From NCBI RefSeq assembly GCF_009914755.1, contig NC_060932.1: DNA of 64,000 nt; one strand, 5' to 3'. The notes below the pieces were generated by a model. The model had not been told where the DNA came from. It saw only the letters and a program-made list of their open reading frames with translations, and did not search any database. Source of the DNA: the human T2T-CHM13v2.0 reference genome, Homo sapiens. This document shows positions 29,651-43,758 of the stretch, in pieces. Made by a program: the position numbers and the translations under genes. The stretch's first letter is position 1; each line of letters opens with the position of its first letter.

Positions 29651-29674
29651 ATTTAATTTAAAAAGTCTGTTTGC

Positions 29675-29991
29675 TCTTTTCTTTTCTTTTTTTTTTTTTT
29701 AAAGACAGGGTCATGTTTTGTCAGCCAGGCTTGAATGCAGCAGTGCAATCACAGCTCACTGCAACCTCAACCTCCTGGGCTCAAGCAATCCTTCTGCCTC
29801 AGCCTCCTACGTAGCTGGGACAATGGGTGTGCAACACCACGCCAAGTGAATGTTTGTTTTTTAAATTTTTAATAGAGACAAAGTTCTCGCTATGTTGCCC
29901 AGGCTGATGTCAAACTCCTGACCTCAAGCAGTCCTCCCACTTTGGCCTCCCTAAGTGGTGGAATTACAGGTGTGAACCACTGTACCCAGTC
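29675..29991 (-). mobile_element. AluJ, full length
   Basis: agacagggtc...cacagctcactgcaacctcaacctcctgggctcaagcaatcc (AluJ diagnostics). Confidence 0.92.
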
Positions 29992-31327
29992 TCTAAACAG
30001 CTTTCGTATTAGCATGATATTTAAGTTTACCAAATACAAGGTATATATGTACACTCTTTTTGATTCGAGGATATTATTCCCACTGAAAGATAAGAAAACT
30101 GAGGCATAAAAGTAATATCAACTTGGTTAATCTGGGTATTCCATTTCCCTGAATCCCCTTCATTGTAAGGTTCTAAGCTGGGGTTGGCTAAAAGAGAATT
30201 TTGTGTGAGATTTGGAAGGCGAAAGTGAAGCAGTGGCCTGACTCTGAGAACATCATCAGATATGGTGAAGTCCAGGGGCAGAGATGCCTGACAGTTTCTA
30301 CATTGTGTATTTCTTCACTTAGCACCCAGCTTGTCTTCCTGATGCTGGCAACAGCTCCAGACCCACCACAAGATGCTTGACTGCACAACCTCATTTAATG
30401 GAACTACAGCAAGGCAACAAATTTCTGTAGATCTTCCCTTTTGTGGTTCCACTTTGGTGGCTACACGTGTTTGGTTTCTTAGATTTTCACAAGCTCTGGC
30501 TTGTCTGCCATGCCAAATTTCAAGCATATGTTTTAACCTTATTTCCGTAAGACTCATCATGGCTCTGCTCCCCTGACTGAACACTGACAAATACAACCAT
30601 GCCAGTTTCCCAGGTGGTAGAGCCAGATTTCTTCTCAGCCTCCACATCCTGATTCCGACTCCAGAGCTCCTTCCAGTGGACATAGCATCTCCTCAACCCT
30701 ACAATAAATCTGCTATTATTAAAATATTTTTAAAGCATTTATTGTTGCAGTGGTGGTTGTGTATTTGTTTTTTTAAACTGATAATAAACTCTCAAGTGTT
30801 TATTAGAGAGATCAAATTTAATTTTTTATCAAAGAATTGAAAGGTAATAAAAATAGTGATGCACAGGTAAAGGTAGTTCTATTGTAGAAAATTTTTGAGC
30901 TACAAGGTGCTTTACAAATACTTTAACTTGTAAGAATAGAAAATTGAGAACTGGAAAGATAGGTAATGTGTCCAAAGGCATTCAAATTATTAAAGAGAGA
31001 AGTAGGGTTAGAATAAACATATACTATATCTTAGAGTATGTGTTTTGGGTTTATTTAATTCTAGAAATTAACTGATGAACTTCTTTATTTGAGGATGGCC
31101 ATATGGTGGGTAGTTATAAGACCAAATTTCAAATCGGACTCCTACTCATCGTTATCAGTGCCTGTGACCTTGTGCAAAGTACTATGCCTCAGTTTTCTCT
31201 TGTGAAAACAAGACATCTGGTGTATAGTATGTGTGCCTCAAATATAGCTAGCTTAGAGAGTAATTTGGCTAAATTAGTTACATATCTTGAATTTTTCCAA
31301 AATGGGTTCTACACTTTAAAAGCTTAG

Positions 31328-31397
31328 AACACACACACATACACACACACGTGTACACACACACACACACTCAAAGGAAGGGGGGGGAGAGAGAGAG
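31328..31397 (+). repeat. Imperfect (CA)n followed by a G-run and (GA)n
   Basis: Read directly from the sequence. Confidence 0.9.
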
Positions 31398-31797
31398 CAC
31401 AAGTTAAAGATAGTTAACAGTCACTCATTAATGACTTATAACAGGATTTGGATCCTGGATAGTTATCCAGAGTGCTACGGGTCAATGGGAGCACAGAGTA
31501 TCCAAATTGGCCTAAGAATGAGGGTGATGCATTTCTCTGGGAAATCAGTGTAGGGAGGTTGAGAAGGGAGAGGTCCCAGGATCCGTGGCAGAGTGAAGCA
31601 TGCAGAACTCAGCAAAGGGAGATTCAGGGCTCACATGCTGTCATGGTGAAGACTTCAACTAATCTGAAGTGGAATTTTGGATTCTGAGGGGCTCTTCAGA
31701 ATTGCCCCAAATTGGGGCAAGAGGGTCTTCATACTCTTATATTGACCAGTCATTAGATACAATGTATCTTGCAAGAAGTAATCTTGGGTGATGTTAC

Positions 31798-31982
<185 letters not shown>

Positions 31983-33103
31983 TAACTACAAACAGTGCCT
32001 GGAAAGGGGACTTCAGCTGCAACCTGTCAGTCAACATTTCCCGGAAGTGGAAGAAAGAAGCGCTTTAGTATTGAAGGAGGCAATGGGTTGACACGTTACA
32101 TCTACCACAGTAGGTATCAGGGAAGACTTGGAATAAGAGAGAATCTTAAAGATTTAAGATGTATCCATGTGACAAAGTTAAGTTTATGTGTTGAGTGAGT
32201 AAGAATATAGCATAAACAAAGGCATGGAGGATTTAGGGCAATCGCAAATAGTTACCAGAACATAACCGTTAATGAGAAGGGTATCCAGGTAGGTAAAGTT
32301 AGGGAGAGTGTATGGCAGCAATAGGTGCATAATTAGGTAGTGGCCAGGTCACGAAGAGTCTTAGTGGTAGACTTTTACCTGCAGATATTTGAACACTGTT
32401 GAAATATATGAAGGAGGGAAAGACCAAGTTGTCTGTTAGAAAAATCATCTCAACAACAGCATGGAAGATATATATGAGAGTATGAAGACTAGAGAGGCAG
32501 GAAGGTTCTATAATTGCCTGGGTGTTAGATGATGAGGATCTGGATAATACTACCTCTCTAGAGGAAGTATTAAATAATTTCACATTGATACATGTTAGTT
32601 CATATGCTATGCTTATCATGACACTCTTACATTATTATTTTTTCTTATTTATATTCTCTTGGGTTCTACAGATTTTATTTTCTATCTGAGAAAATTATTT
32701 GGAGTTTCCTTAGAGGATAAAAGAAAAATATGTGTAATACATGCACATTTATAAGCTCATCTATCCATTCACAACACTTTCTTTTAATTAATATGTCAAG
32801 AGCATGATAAATGTTTTTTTAAAAAACAACACCACAGTTAGGTTTAAACATTAGGACCACACCTGTTACAAGAATTTTCAAACAAAATTTCCATGATAGA
32901 ATATGTTTTAGAAAATAAAACCTCAAACAATTCTGAATTTAATTTAATTTAATTTAATTTTTGAGAAAAGTTATAGAAAACAAAAAATATAAAACAAAAA
33001 CCTAGTATGAATTTCATAGTTTTATATTTCAGTCGGAATTTAGTTGAATTTGACCAAGTCAACTGACCAAAACCTCAGTTTTCTTATTTTTTAAATATGT
33101 CTA

Positions 33104-33450
<347 letters not shown>

Positions 33451-34009
33451 TCATTTCACAGGTTATGGAATACTGTGCAAATCTTAGTATTAATACTTGA
33501 AACAATTGATCACAAAGACACATGCCAATTCAGAGGGACGAGACATGAATGGACAAAAAGCACATGAGGCAGTGATGGACAATGTGAATTCTAACTGCAG
33601 GCCACGGGAGGCATTAATGGGCCTAGAGAAGCAGTACTGGGCATACGTGATGATACAGGCAGGGAGAAAAGTTGCAAGGGCTTAGCTTCTGTTTTCAGGC
33701 TTCTGTTCCATTTTTCTTTGAAAAAGCGAATAACACCATCTTATAGTGTGTTTACTTTAATGAATCTTTCACCAGAGTAAGCATTATGTTTTAATGAGTT
33801 CTCATTTCCCATTTCATGTCAACGTGAATCGTATACTTGAATTGCATGAGAAAATGATGACTGCACATCTACTTTCTGTTAGGTCCCTGCAGGAAAGAGG
33901 CCAGAACCACTAACTTCATGTCAGCAGCATGACAGAACAGAAACCACATTGAATGAGGCAGGAGTTAGACATCCCTTATTTAAGTCTTTCTCCCTTTTTG
34001 GGCAAAATT

Positions 34010-34156
34010 ATATATATGAGGCTCATATGTATATATATGTGTGTATGTGTGTGTGTGTGTGCGTGTGTACACATGCATATGCATGTGTGTGAGGCTTGAA
34101 GAGTTCATATATATTATATATCATATATTATATTATATATATATTACATATATGAA

Positions 34157-34200
<44 letters not shown>
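34010..34200 (+). repeat. Compound (TA)n/(TG)n tract ending in a perfect (AT)21 (34159-34200)
   Basis: Read directly from the sequence. Confidence 0.95.
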
Positions 34201-34203
<3 letters not shown>

Positions 34204-36286
34204 CCTCAGCTTTCCTTCCCATAAAACCAGAGGTTTGAAATTAAATTGTTACATTTCTTCTGGCTTTATAATTTTGATTCTCAAGGTTCACAGTTCTATC
34301 AAGAAAGAAAAATGGGGATATCAGAGTGTATGCATCACCCTAGCAGGGAAGACTTACTTTTTGATCATAGATCCCTACTGTGTGGTGAGAATACAAAATC
34401 ACACAGATGTCAAAGAAATGAGAAATGCTCAAAAGGGCAGTGGGGCACTCTAAGAGGAGGTGAGTACTCCTTCCTCATGCAGATGGCAGAATGGCATACA
34501 CATCATACACTCCGAAGTGCACCACAGATGCCAACAATCCTCCTAACCCTGCCCCAACACTCTGTCCCGCAACACCCTCCAAGCCTGACACACATGCATA
34601 TGCATGTGTATGCACACACACACACACATGCAGCCACCTATGAAAAACTGAGAGACATTTTGGAAAGGAACCAAAGCAAATTCTTCAGGAGCCTAGGAAA
34701 AGACTAGACTAATTATTTGCTAGTCCTATTGTCAGGCTGTCTGACATTAGCCAAGTTTCATATAGTTTCAAGTTTCAGGTCAAAACATTTACATAAGAGT
34801 ATCCCTGATGTTTAACAGTGGTTTTCTTGTTATAAAACTTTCAAAATATTGACCTCCTTGGAAACATTTCTTCTTACACTCCATTGCATTTTATAAATGT
34901 CTCTTCTTTGGTTTCTTGAGCTGCCATTAAGTACACCCTCGCTTCCCCTCCACCCCCACCATGAGACTATCAACTCTTTTAGATCTATTTCTCATTCTCT
35001 GTTGTGGTGACATCATTACTATTTGTCGAGAAAATGATTATTATGTCTCCAAGGATCCAACCCCATACGTAATCCATTAAAATGAAATGAGTTGTGCCTA
35101 TGAAAATATGCAGAATTCAAACTTTTAAAAAATTAAAAAAAAAAGGTTTGTCTTGAAAAGACAAATAAGCAGCAGAAACAGTTGAACTATGAGATAACCA
35201 CACAGGTTGAAACAAAACACACGCAAGGGTTGGGTTGCTATTGTTGCAATTACTTGAAGCAATGTGCCCACCCTTTAATTCATACAATCATATTTTCAAG
35301 ACAGAGGTAGAGCAGTCACAATATTGAGAGTTAAAAATCATTACAACTCTAATTTACTAAGAATGAAACTGAGGCACACACAATTAAAGACCTGCTAGGC
35401 ATCAAGAATTGCATTAATGAGTAGCAGTAGAAGAGTAACTAAAATATCTTCCCTGTTCCCAAGGAATGCCAGCCAGTTTTTAGTGACCTAGTTAGTAACA
35501 AAGCTTGACTTTGACGTCTGTAAGACCAGCGCCCAGTAGAATTCCAGGAACACAGAAGTAACACAATAAGTGTTCGTGCAATGAATCCACCACATCACAT
35601 TATTTCCTTAGCCATATTTTTGTGTGTTTATTTTTCCCTAGTAGACGAGCTTCTCATTGAAAAAGGATAATTGGAAACATGTATCATTAAGTGTATAGTT
35701 TATCTATTTTTACATCTGCAATCATGTATTATGTATATTGATGCCATTATTACAATTTATTTTTGCTTTTTAGATTTACCAAGAAAACCCTCTAAATCAT
35801 GCCTCATCTTCTCTTTTATGTAAATCATTCAAACATAAAAAAATTTTACTTTTGTCATCTTCAAGATCATTTGAAAAATGCTAATTCAAGAAAGGTCATC
35901 AAAAAAAGTAGAACCAGAAAATCTTTTTTTAGAATAAAGAGATTATTTAAGCCAATGAGTTTGAGTATGAAACTCTTATCAGTTTTATATATATGAATTC
36001 ACTGCAACTGCATGATAACCACAGAACAACAGTATGCTTGACTTCATTCACCATTCCCTAAAATTTAAGCCAATATCAAAGATAGTCAACCTACGAAAAC
36101 TGAAATTTAAATCTTTGAAAAAGTCTTTACAGGCTTTTTTGTACCTCTTTGTAATAGGTCTAGACAAAAAAAAAAGAATTTTCATTTTGAAGGATGATTT
36201 TCATTTCTTTTTTTCATATTTTCCCACTACAATTATTAAGTGGCTAGGTAAAAGGTAGTCGAACACTACACTGTAGCATGACTTAC

Positions 36287-36453
36287 CTATAGTTTTGCTT
36301 TTCATTTCCTATGTGGAATCTGTCATACTGTGAATAGGCTCGGTTCCCTTCCCAGTCCATTAACTCAATTCTTAGCATGTACTGCCTCTGACTGGTAATG
36401 GCAAAAATAAACTCATTCCCCAGCCAATATTCACCGGAGGGATTTCCAAAACC
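36287..36453 (-). CDS. ANGPT1: Angiopoietin-1 coding exon (canonical exon 7), 167 nt, phase 0->2
   Basis: Manual translation GFGNPSGEYWLGNEFIFAITSQRQYMLRIELMDWEGNRAYSQYDRFHIGNEKQNY(R); not in the ORF track. Acceptor tttcccAG; donor TAG|GTAAGT. Confidence 0.98.
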
Positions 36454-36925
36454 CTGGGAAACAATATAGAGATGCAGTTGTTACTTTAGAGAGGAATTCT
36501 TTTCATGTTCAGCATTTAACTATTTTCTAAATAATAATTAAAAATTATTAAAAAGTAAAGGTTTTTGTTTTTTACATTTTACACTTTTTCTCCAGTGATT
36601 GACATTTCAATAATTCTGTGTCTCTTCATCAAAGCTTCTGTCTAATTCTTACTTAGTACAATAAAACCTCTGTTATTCAAATCTGTGTGGATGAGACATT
36701 TTGTATAAAATAAATCTAGTTAATAGGTTTAACTGGAAAACAATTCTCAATTCAAGGTTTGCTTTTGAAAATGTTTCTAAATTACTAGTTAACAAAATAT
36801 TTTGAATAGAGTTTAAAGATTTTTCAATGAACACTATGAGAGTGATATTAGACAAGTTATTTAACAATATTATTTTTACTATTATTATTCACAAATGCAA
36901 TTATGTTTCAACAATAACTTCATAT

Positions 36926-37005
36926 TTAGGTTGGTGCAAAAGTAATTGCAGTTTTTGCCATTACTTTCAATGGTAAAAACCATAATTACTTTTGCACCAA
37001 ACTAA
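36926..37005. mobile_element. MADE1 (80-bp Hsmar1-derived MITE), full length
   Basis: ttaggttggtgcaaaagtaattgcagtttttgcc...aattacttttgcaccaaactaa, 80-bp palindrome. Confidence 0.95.
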
Positions 37006-37779
37006 TAGATTACTAGAACCATGACTTTTGGAGCTTTAACTTTCTTATTTTTAAATATTAATAAGCAACCCTGTAAATCCATGACTGTAATTATTTACAA
37101 AGCTGCACTGGCATTGGAATTTTGAGGCAGAAGGCTGATTTGTAAGTGCTCCTGAGTGAACCTAGCTGACTGCTTGGCTTCTGAATGTCAACATGACTTT
37201 ATTGTTCTCTTTGGGGGAAGTCAAGGTTGTTAAGTATTCAAAATAGTTTCTTTGTAGCGAGAAAAAAGTGGTCCCAAAAGAAAGCCAGCGCTTAATGTTG
37301 GAGATGTTAGTGATAGGAAAAGAAAGAACCCCTAGAAACTTGCTGGCATTCTAGATTTGGAGTATTCACAATTGCCTCAGAAAATACTCATTGGCAGTGC
37401 TTGAAGTTCAATGTAATTCTTGATCTACATATTTGTTTCACTGGCCATGTTGTGAGCTCCCTGATGATAGAAACTGTGTTGTATTTGTGAATTTCCAAAA
37501 ACCAGTGAAGAGCTGACATGCACTGAGCATTCCAATAGGGTTGTTTTGAAATTCAAAGAAAAAGGTAGAAAGGAAAGGATAGAGGAAAGAAGCAAGAAAG
37601 GGAGAGAGAAATGGAGGTAAGGAGGAAGGAAAACAAAATATTACAGCATTTTACAATAACACATGGAAAAGTAACCTTAAAGCACAATTCTTGTTGTAGA
37701 CAGTACAGTTGAGTCTTGGTGAAATGTTTCTTAAAGTGCCCAACTGGGTCACTTGCGCACTACCTCCTCTGCCAACTGA

Positions 37780-38250
37780 GTTACTTACCAAAGTTCAAAG
37801 GTGTTTGGTACCAAACCCATTTATGCCAGTTCAGTTATTGCAATATTTATAAAATGTTATGCAAATAAGTTAAATATTAGTGGGAAAAGAGAGTTTTAAT
37901 TTTTTATAAATATCCGGATTTGCTCAATAAAAGCAAATTAGTAAAACTTTTTTTAAAATTACGAATTGTTGGAACTCTAAAAGACTGGGAAAAATTTTAA
38001 AAATTTAAAGAATTTTTAACATATTGCCTTGCATGTGTCTTCATGTACTGTTCTATTTTTAAAAAACTGAAACTAGAGATTGGATGCATTCTACTATGGG
38101 AAAGTTTTAGGAAAGAACTGATGACACAGAATTCCAGGCTTTGGCCCTCGTTTTATTTTTTTTTATTAATGGGTATGTGATGTATACTGTTATATTTAAA
38201 GTTAAAATTAACATATGTGTACACTTTTAAAGTTATTCCCCAATTTAACT
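37780..38250 (+). mobile_element. Degraded Tigger (TcMar/pogo, Tigger13a-like) DNA transposon fragment
   Basis: Similarity by recall to Tigger13a internal sequence (aaaagactgggaaaaa...aaaatttaaagaa...attgccttgcatgtgtctt...aaaaaactgaaactagagat...gatgcatt). No intact ORF. Confidence 0.45.
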
Positions 38251-39289
38251 AAGTTTTTTGATAGGCTGAATATGCTTGGTCCAGATTGCATTGAGTATAT
38301 ACTCTTCTGAAGACCATCCACCCATAGCTCACAGTAAAGCTATAAGACCACTGAAGTTAGTACTCCATTGGCTCTTTACTTCTCTGTTCCTAAGATGCTC
38401 AAGTCACACTTTGTAAAAGTTTCACAGTGGCAGGAAATATTAGAGCAATTTCTGGTGTGCTAAGAATTTTACACATTTTTATGGCAGCCAATGCTACCTA
38501 CTAAGGAGAAGAGCAAAGCTTACCTTCTCCAAAGCATAAACAAAACAGAAAGTTACAGGAGGCTGAAAGTCAAAGAATTAGCACTTTATCAATTACAACA
38601 GCCCCTGGGAAGAAAAAGAAGACCACTGGGATTTTCCTTGCATTTTTTTGCAGCTCAGACATGTCAAAACTCTCCCTCTTGCCACTTGATGATTCCCTTT
38701 TCTGTGCAGTCATTGAAAAGGGATTCAACACTTATACTCAATGTGAATAAAGAGGCTGGGAATGATGAAGTGTTAAGTTTTGGGTCACATATTTCCATGC
38801 TGTTGAAAGCGCTGTGTGGATAAAACTCTCCAACTTCCCCAGGGAAACACGCAGTGATCCTGGGTGAGCCTTAGAAAGGGACAAGCATTAGCCTCATTCC
38901 TAGGACAGCCTCCATCCCTGTCTCCACATGCAGGCCTGTACTTCCCTCTAAATAGAAATAAATATCCCTTCCTAAACAGTTTGCATTTTTGTCTTTCAGG
39001 AAGAAGTGACTAAAAAGAACGCAGTATAATTTGCATTTAGAAACTAACATTTATTTCGAGCTCCTTCCCAAAAAACTGTCCAAGCATGCTCTAGTATGAG
39101 AGCAAAAGGTTTGAGTACAATGAATCAAAATGGCTGCAATATAGGGAGGAAACCTTCTAATAGCCAAGTGCAGTGATCCAGAAACAACTGTTTCATTATA
39201 AAGATGAAAAATACGTGAAAGAAGGGGAATTGTGTTCCCACATTAGTAAACTGTCTTTTGGATAGTTTATCAGGCACGACCACAGATCT

Positions 39290-39545
39290 GATATGTAGGA
39301 CAAAGGCTTGGCTTGGATGAAATAACCTCTACCCCTTATCTCTGGCTCCAGATTAAAGCCTTGAACTGCCACATATTTGCTGTAGAAATATCGACTTTGT
39401 TTCTGAGCCTCAGTTTCTCTGTCTGCAAAACAGGGATTACAGACATCATTTTCATATACAAGGTTTTGAGAATAAAATTGATAATATAACCGAAGCACTT
39501 AACTGAGCACTGATAGACAGAAAACACTTAAAAATCTAGCTGTTG
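39290..39545 (+). mobile_element. MIR
   Basis: tctgagcctcagtttctctgtctgcaaaacagggatta...aagcacttaac core. Confidence 0.7.
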
Positions 39546-42500
39546 TTATAGTTAAAATATATGTCATAATACACAGTAATTTTCTGGTTAGTTGCTTCTC
39601 TTCCATGAGACTGTGAGTCATATGTGGGGAAACAAGTTCCTTTCTACTTTGTATAAGAAAAGGAAAAAGAATAATCTTGGGTCTTGTATTAGCCCAAAAA
39701 TTAATAAAGGGATACTGAAATAATTATTTAAAAGGCTCTCAGAGGACTAATGTAATATTTTACTAAATTGAGAGTTGGTTTATACAAATGAGTATTGTCA
39801 TTTTAATCCAAAAAGTTAATTATTAAATAAGAAATTACAACCAACTGATTTCAATTGGGACTAAACTATAGTACTAATGAAAGCACAGACTACTTTCTTA
39901 TTCTTACCTTTGCTTCCAAGTACTTAAGTATCTGTTTCCTTCGACTCTCCCTTAGTGCTATCTCTTTCAAGCCCTCTCTTTCCATATCTCACGAGTTTTA
40001 GGAGCTACACAAGAGGTAATTTTTAAGGTATTATACCATGCTAATAAGTTAATATTTGTAATAATTGCTTTCAACCAGGAATGCATATCAGAAACAGCTG
40101 TGGGGGTTTTAAAAAAATACAGATGGTTAGGTCCCCCGTGAAGATTCTGATTCAGTATGTCTGGGGTGGACTCAGAGGGAGAGCTATACACGTAAAAGGT
40201 TGCACATGTAAGTCTGCTATGAACTGAAGGTAGAGATCCATATAAATATGATGTGGAATAGATATTCCAAGTGCAAACTAAAAAGAACATATTAATTAAA
40301 TCAAATTATTTGAGTGGTATACAGGGAAAATGCAGGAGTAAAATCTCATCTTCATACTGAGGTCCCTATAGGGAGGCAAATTTTGATTACATGTCTGGGA
40401 CTGTCCTTCAAAAATTCATATTCATGCCTAAAAGACAGAGTCAACCAATGCATATGCTCCAAAATAGGCTTACACATTATGGCACATAACAGTTTACCAC
40501 AGGTCTTTATTTTACCCCCAATAGCCTGTAACTTCCATAAAAATAAAAATGAAAGTATATATGAAATTCTGTGCTGATATTGAAAAAGCAGCAACGAATG
40601 AGTAAACAATTACAATACAATTTCCTCTTTTTCATGAATAAAATCTAAGGATACTATGCCATGTACTTTTGTAAAAATGATGTTTAATGATGTCAAACAC
40701 AATCACCTGAAAGGTTTTGATTCAGTAACTCAGATACATTGTTAATTGATTTTATTTCTTCTCTAACGCTCTAATAAAAGGATAAAAAGACACTGAAATT
40801 TAATCTGAACTAATGCTGACTTAAAATTGGCCTTAAAAGGCACATATTACTCAAAAACACATGCAAAGGAAAGATCAACATTTGTTAGTTTTTGCCAAAA
40901 CCTGCAGAAATGTTCAATTTTGGTTTGTGCTTTTCCAAGTTAATAAAATAATTGTCTCTGATACTTTATTTGTTTTGTCTGATAATGCTCTCAGGAAGCG
41001 TTGACTTTTTATAGATGAAGTAAAATTGAAACCAGACACAGCCCATGTATTCCATGGGTTGCATCTTTTTTCACACAAATTATTTAAAAAATAAAAAACA
41101 GATAAGACAGCGCTGTGGCTTTCAGGGCACTTTCATATGCAGTTAAATTGTGCATCTCCTCTAAATGCTGAGACGTGCAACTCAAGAAAGACTGAAACAA
41201 ATTTTGTATTTCAAAATTTTTAATTTCATATGCATTTTTCTCTTTTTAATGTGAAGATGTTAAAATATAGCTGAAAATGTGCTCTCAACTTCTTTCCAGA
41301 AACAAAGAACTCCCAGAAGGAATGGTGCTCACACTGAAATTTTTGAGTGGATAGGAAGCTCTGTTTATGGGGGTAATTGTTCTCAAAATAAAGCAAGTTT
41401 GCCTCCAGGACATTAGTCATTGCCTACAACAGTATAAAATTAGGCCATTTTGGGTACTATCTGGAACTCCTAGCCTCATTGCGTTTTATATGTGAAAGTA
41501 CTGCTGATAAGTGTTACTGCTGGAGGCCACTAAAGGGTATCCTTATGACTTGAAGGAGCTAATATCTTCCCTAAGTGCCTCATTAAAAAGCCTACTCCAG
41601 ACTTTCCTTTCAGACAAACATCTTTACAAATCCATAAACCAGATTTTGCTGAATCTCCTCATGAGGAAGGTTAAGTGACAGCTAAGCTTAGGTAAGATAC
41701 TTGTAGGCTTAAAGCCAATGCCGAGAATCCAAAAAGTGGTAAACCTTTCATATTGACAGAGGTTTAAAAATAATGATAATATATAGTATATATTTGTAAT
41801 TACATGTGATGGAAATCTTATGAAGCAAGAGGCAGCCCATAGATATCAATCACTATGAAGGGAAGGAAGGAGAGAGGAAAGGCAGAAAGGAAAGAGAGAG
41901 AAAACTTGATTTCTGCACTCATTGCCCAAGGAAGAAATGTAGCATCCTAGTATATATAATAGTAGATTGGTAAAGACTGGAGAAGAGTTGGGGCATGCCA
42001 AGTTCTTGTTATCCCGAAGGATGTACACCCTTAGCTGAAGAAGTGAGCAGGCAGTTCTTTGGATGCAGGAAATAGAAGTAGGTGTGATTGATAAGAACTG
42101 GCATAAGGAGTCTATATCCATTCCTGGTGGAGTCATGTTATTTTGTCTTTAGGTGAAAGAAAAACTCTAGAGAAAGAACCGAAACACTGTCTACCATGTG
42201 TTTTAACCATCTTGTAACATATGATGAATATTTTCAATTAAAAAAATTCAGCCTCATTTTTAGCCAGAATATTTCAAAATGTTGGAGCTTATCTCATTTT
42301 TTGATCATGCAAAATTGACATTCATCTGATAAATGTTTCAAGTTTGAATAAAGCATGATAGCCTTTCTTATTTTAAAAAAAGGAGGAGGGGTAAACTCCA
42401 TAAAACATGATGATTAAAGAATTTCAGTTTTGTTCCAATAATGAAAAAAGAATTGCTTAGAAATGGATATATTTGGTAAATACTTACAAGACATGAATTG

Positions 42501-43015
42501 ATTCCATACTTAACAAGTCAGTATCTCTTACTTAACATGCCTAGCTTGCCAAGGCAGCAGATGTTTACAGTTAAGAATTCACCATTTTGGAAAGTCACCA
42601 TGATGACAACTTTATATTTATTTTTCTGTTATCATTAATTTTAATAATAATGTATTTCAGATTAGCCTGAGTCTCTATCTACAGTCTGATTTTCAGATGA
42701 CTTCTTCACATCACATTTTAGTGGTGAAAATAATCATGAATTCAGATGGTTTGCAAAACAGTATTTTTGGCATAGTTAAGTGAAATTTTTGCTTTGATGT
42801 TTTCATCTTGGATAATAAAAATAACTACTGTTCACTGAAAATTCAGTGTGCCAAAGTGCTTTACTTACATTACTTCTAATCCTTGAAACATCACTGTGAG
42901 GCAGGTGAAGTATTATCATTGTCCTATTTTAACTAGTTAGAAAGCTAAGGTGCAGGTTAGGTGATCTGTCGAAAATCTCTCCTCTTGTAAATGGCAGAGT
43001 GAAGACTATAATTGT

Positions 43016-43315
<300 letters not shown>

Positions 43316-43496
43316 TATAACTGTTAATATAAACATAATTCAAAGTCTTTTTGTTTTTGAATATAGATAATCTTTTATCCCTCATATATTTTTAGAATCA
43401 CCTAGGTAGGAAGAGGCCTTCAAATCTGACCTAGCATTCCAATTCTCCATACCAATCCCAAAAGATAATGATATACTTTCTATTTCCACTGAAGAT

Positions 43497-43510
43497 GGGG
43501 GGGGGGGGGG
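43497..43510 (+). repeat. G14 homopolymer
   Basis: Read directly from the sequence. Confidence 0.95.
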
Positions 43511-43629
43511 CTTGCCACTTAATAGGCAGTCTATTTGATGTTGGGATTAATCATTAGAGAGTTTTGTTCATACTTGGTCAAATTTTGCCTTCTTGGAATA
43601 TTACTCCATTCATTATTGCACTCCCCTCT

Positions 43630-43758
43630 CAGGCAGTGTTCAAATGCACATTCTAATTCAGTAAATCTGGTCCAGAGCTTGAGATTCGTGTTTCCATTCA
43701 GTTTCCAGAGGATGCTAATACTGCTGGTCCCTGGACCACATTTTGAGAAGCAGGCTCT
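43630..43758. mobile_element. MER5-type hAT-Charlie MITE; similar relics near 16780-16930, 24870-25040, 25700-25870 and 40060-40230
   Basis: ttctaattcagtaaatctgg...gatgctaatactgctggtccctggaccacattttgagaagca. Confidence 0.65.

Noticed and set aside
34246-34707. 153-aa plus-strand ORF
   Set aside because: Non-ATG start, includes CA-repeat-derived HTHTH, no recognisable domain, antisense intronic.
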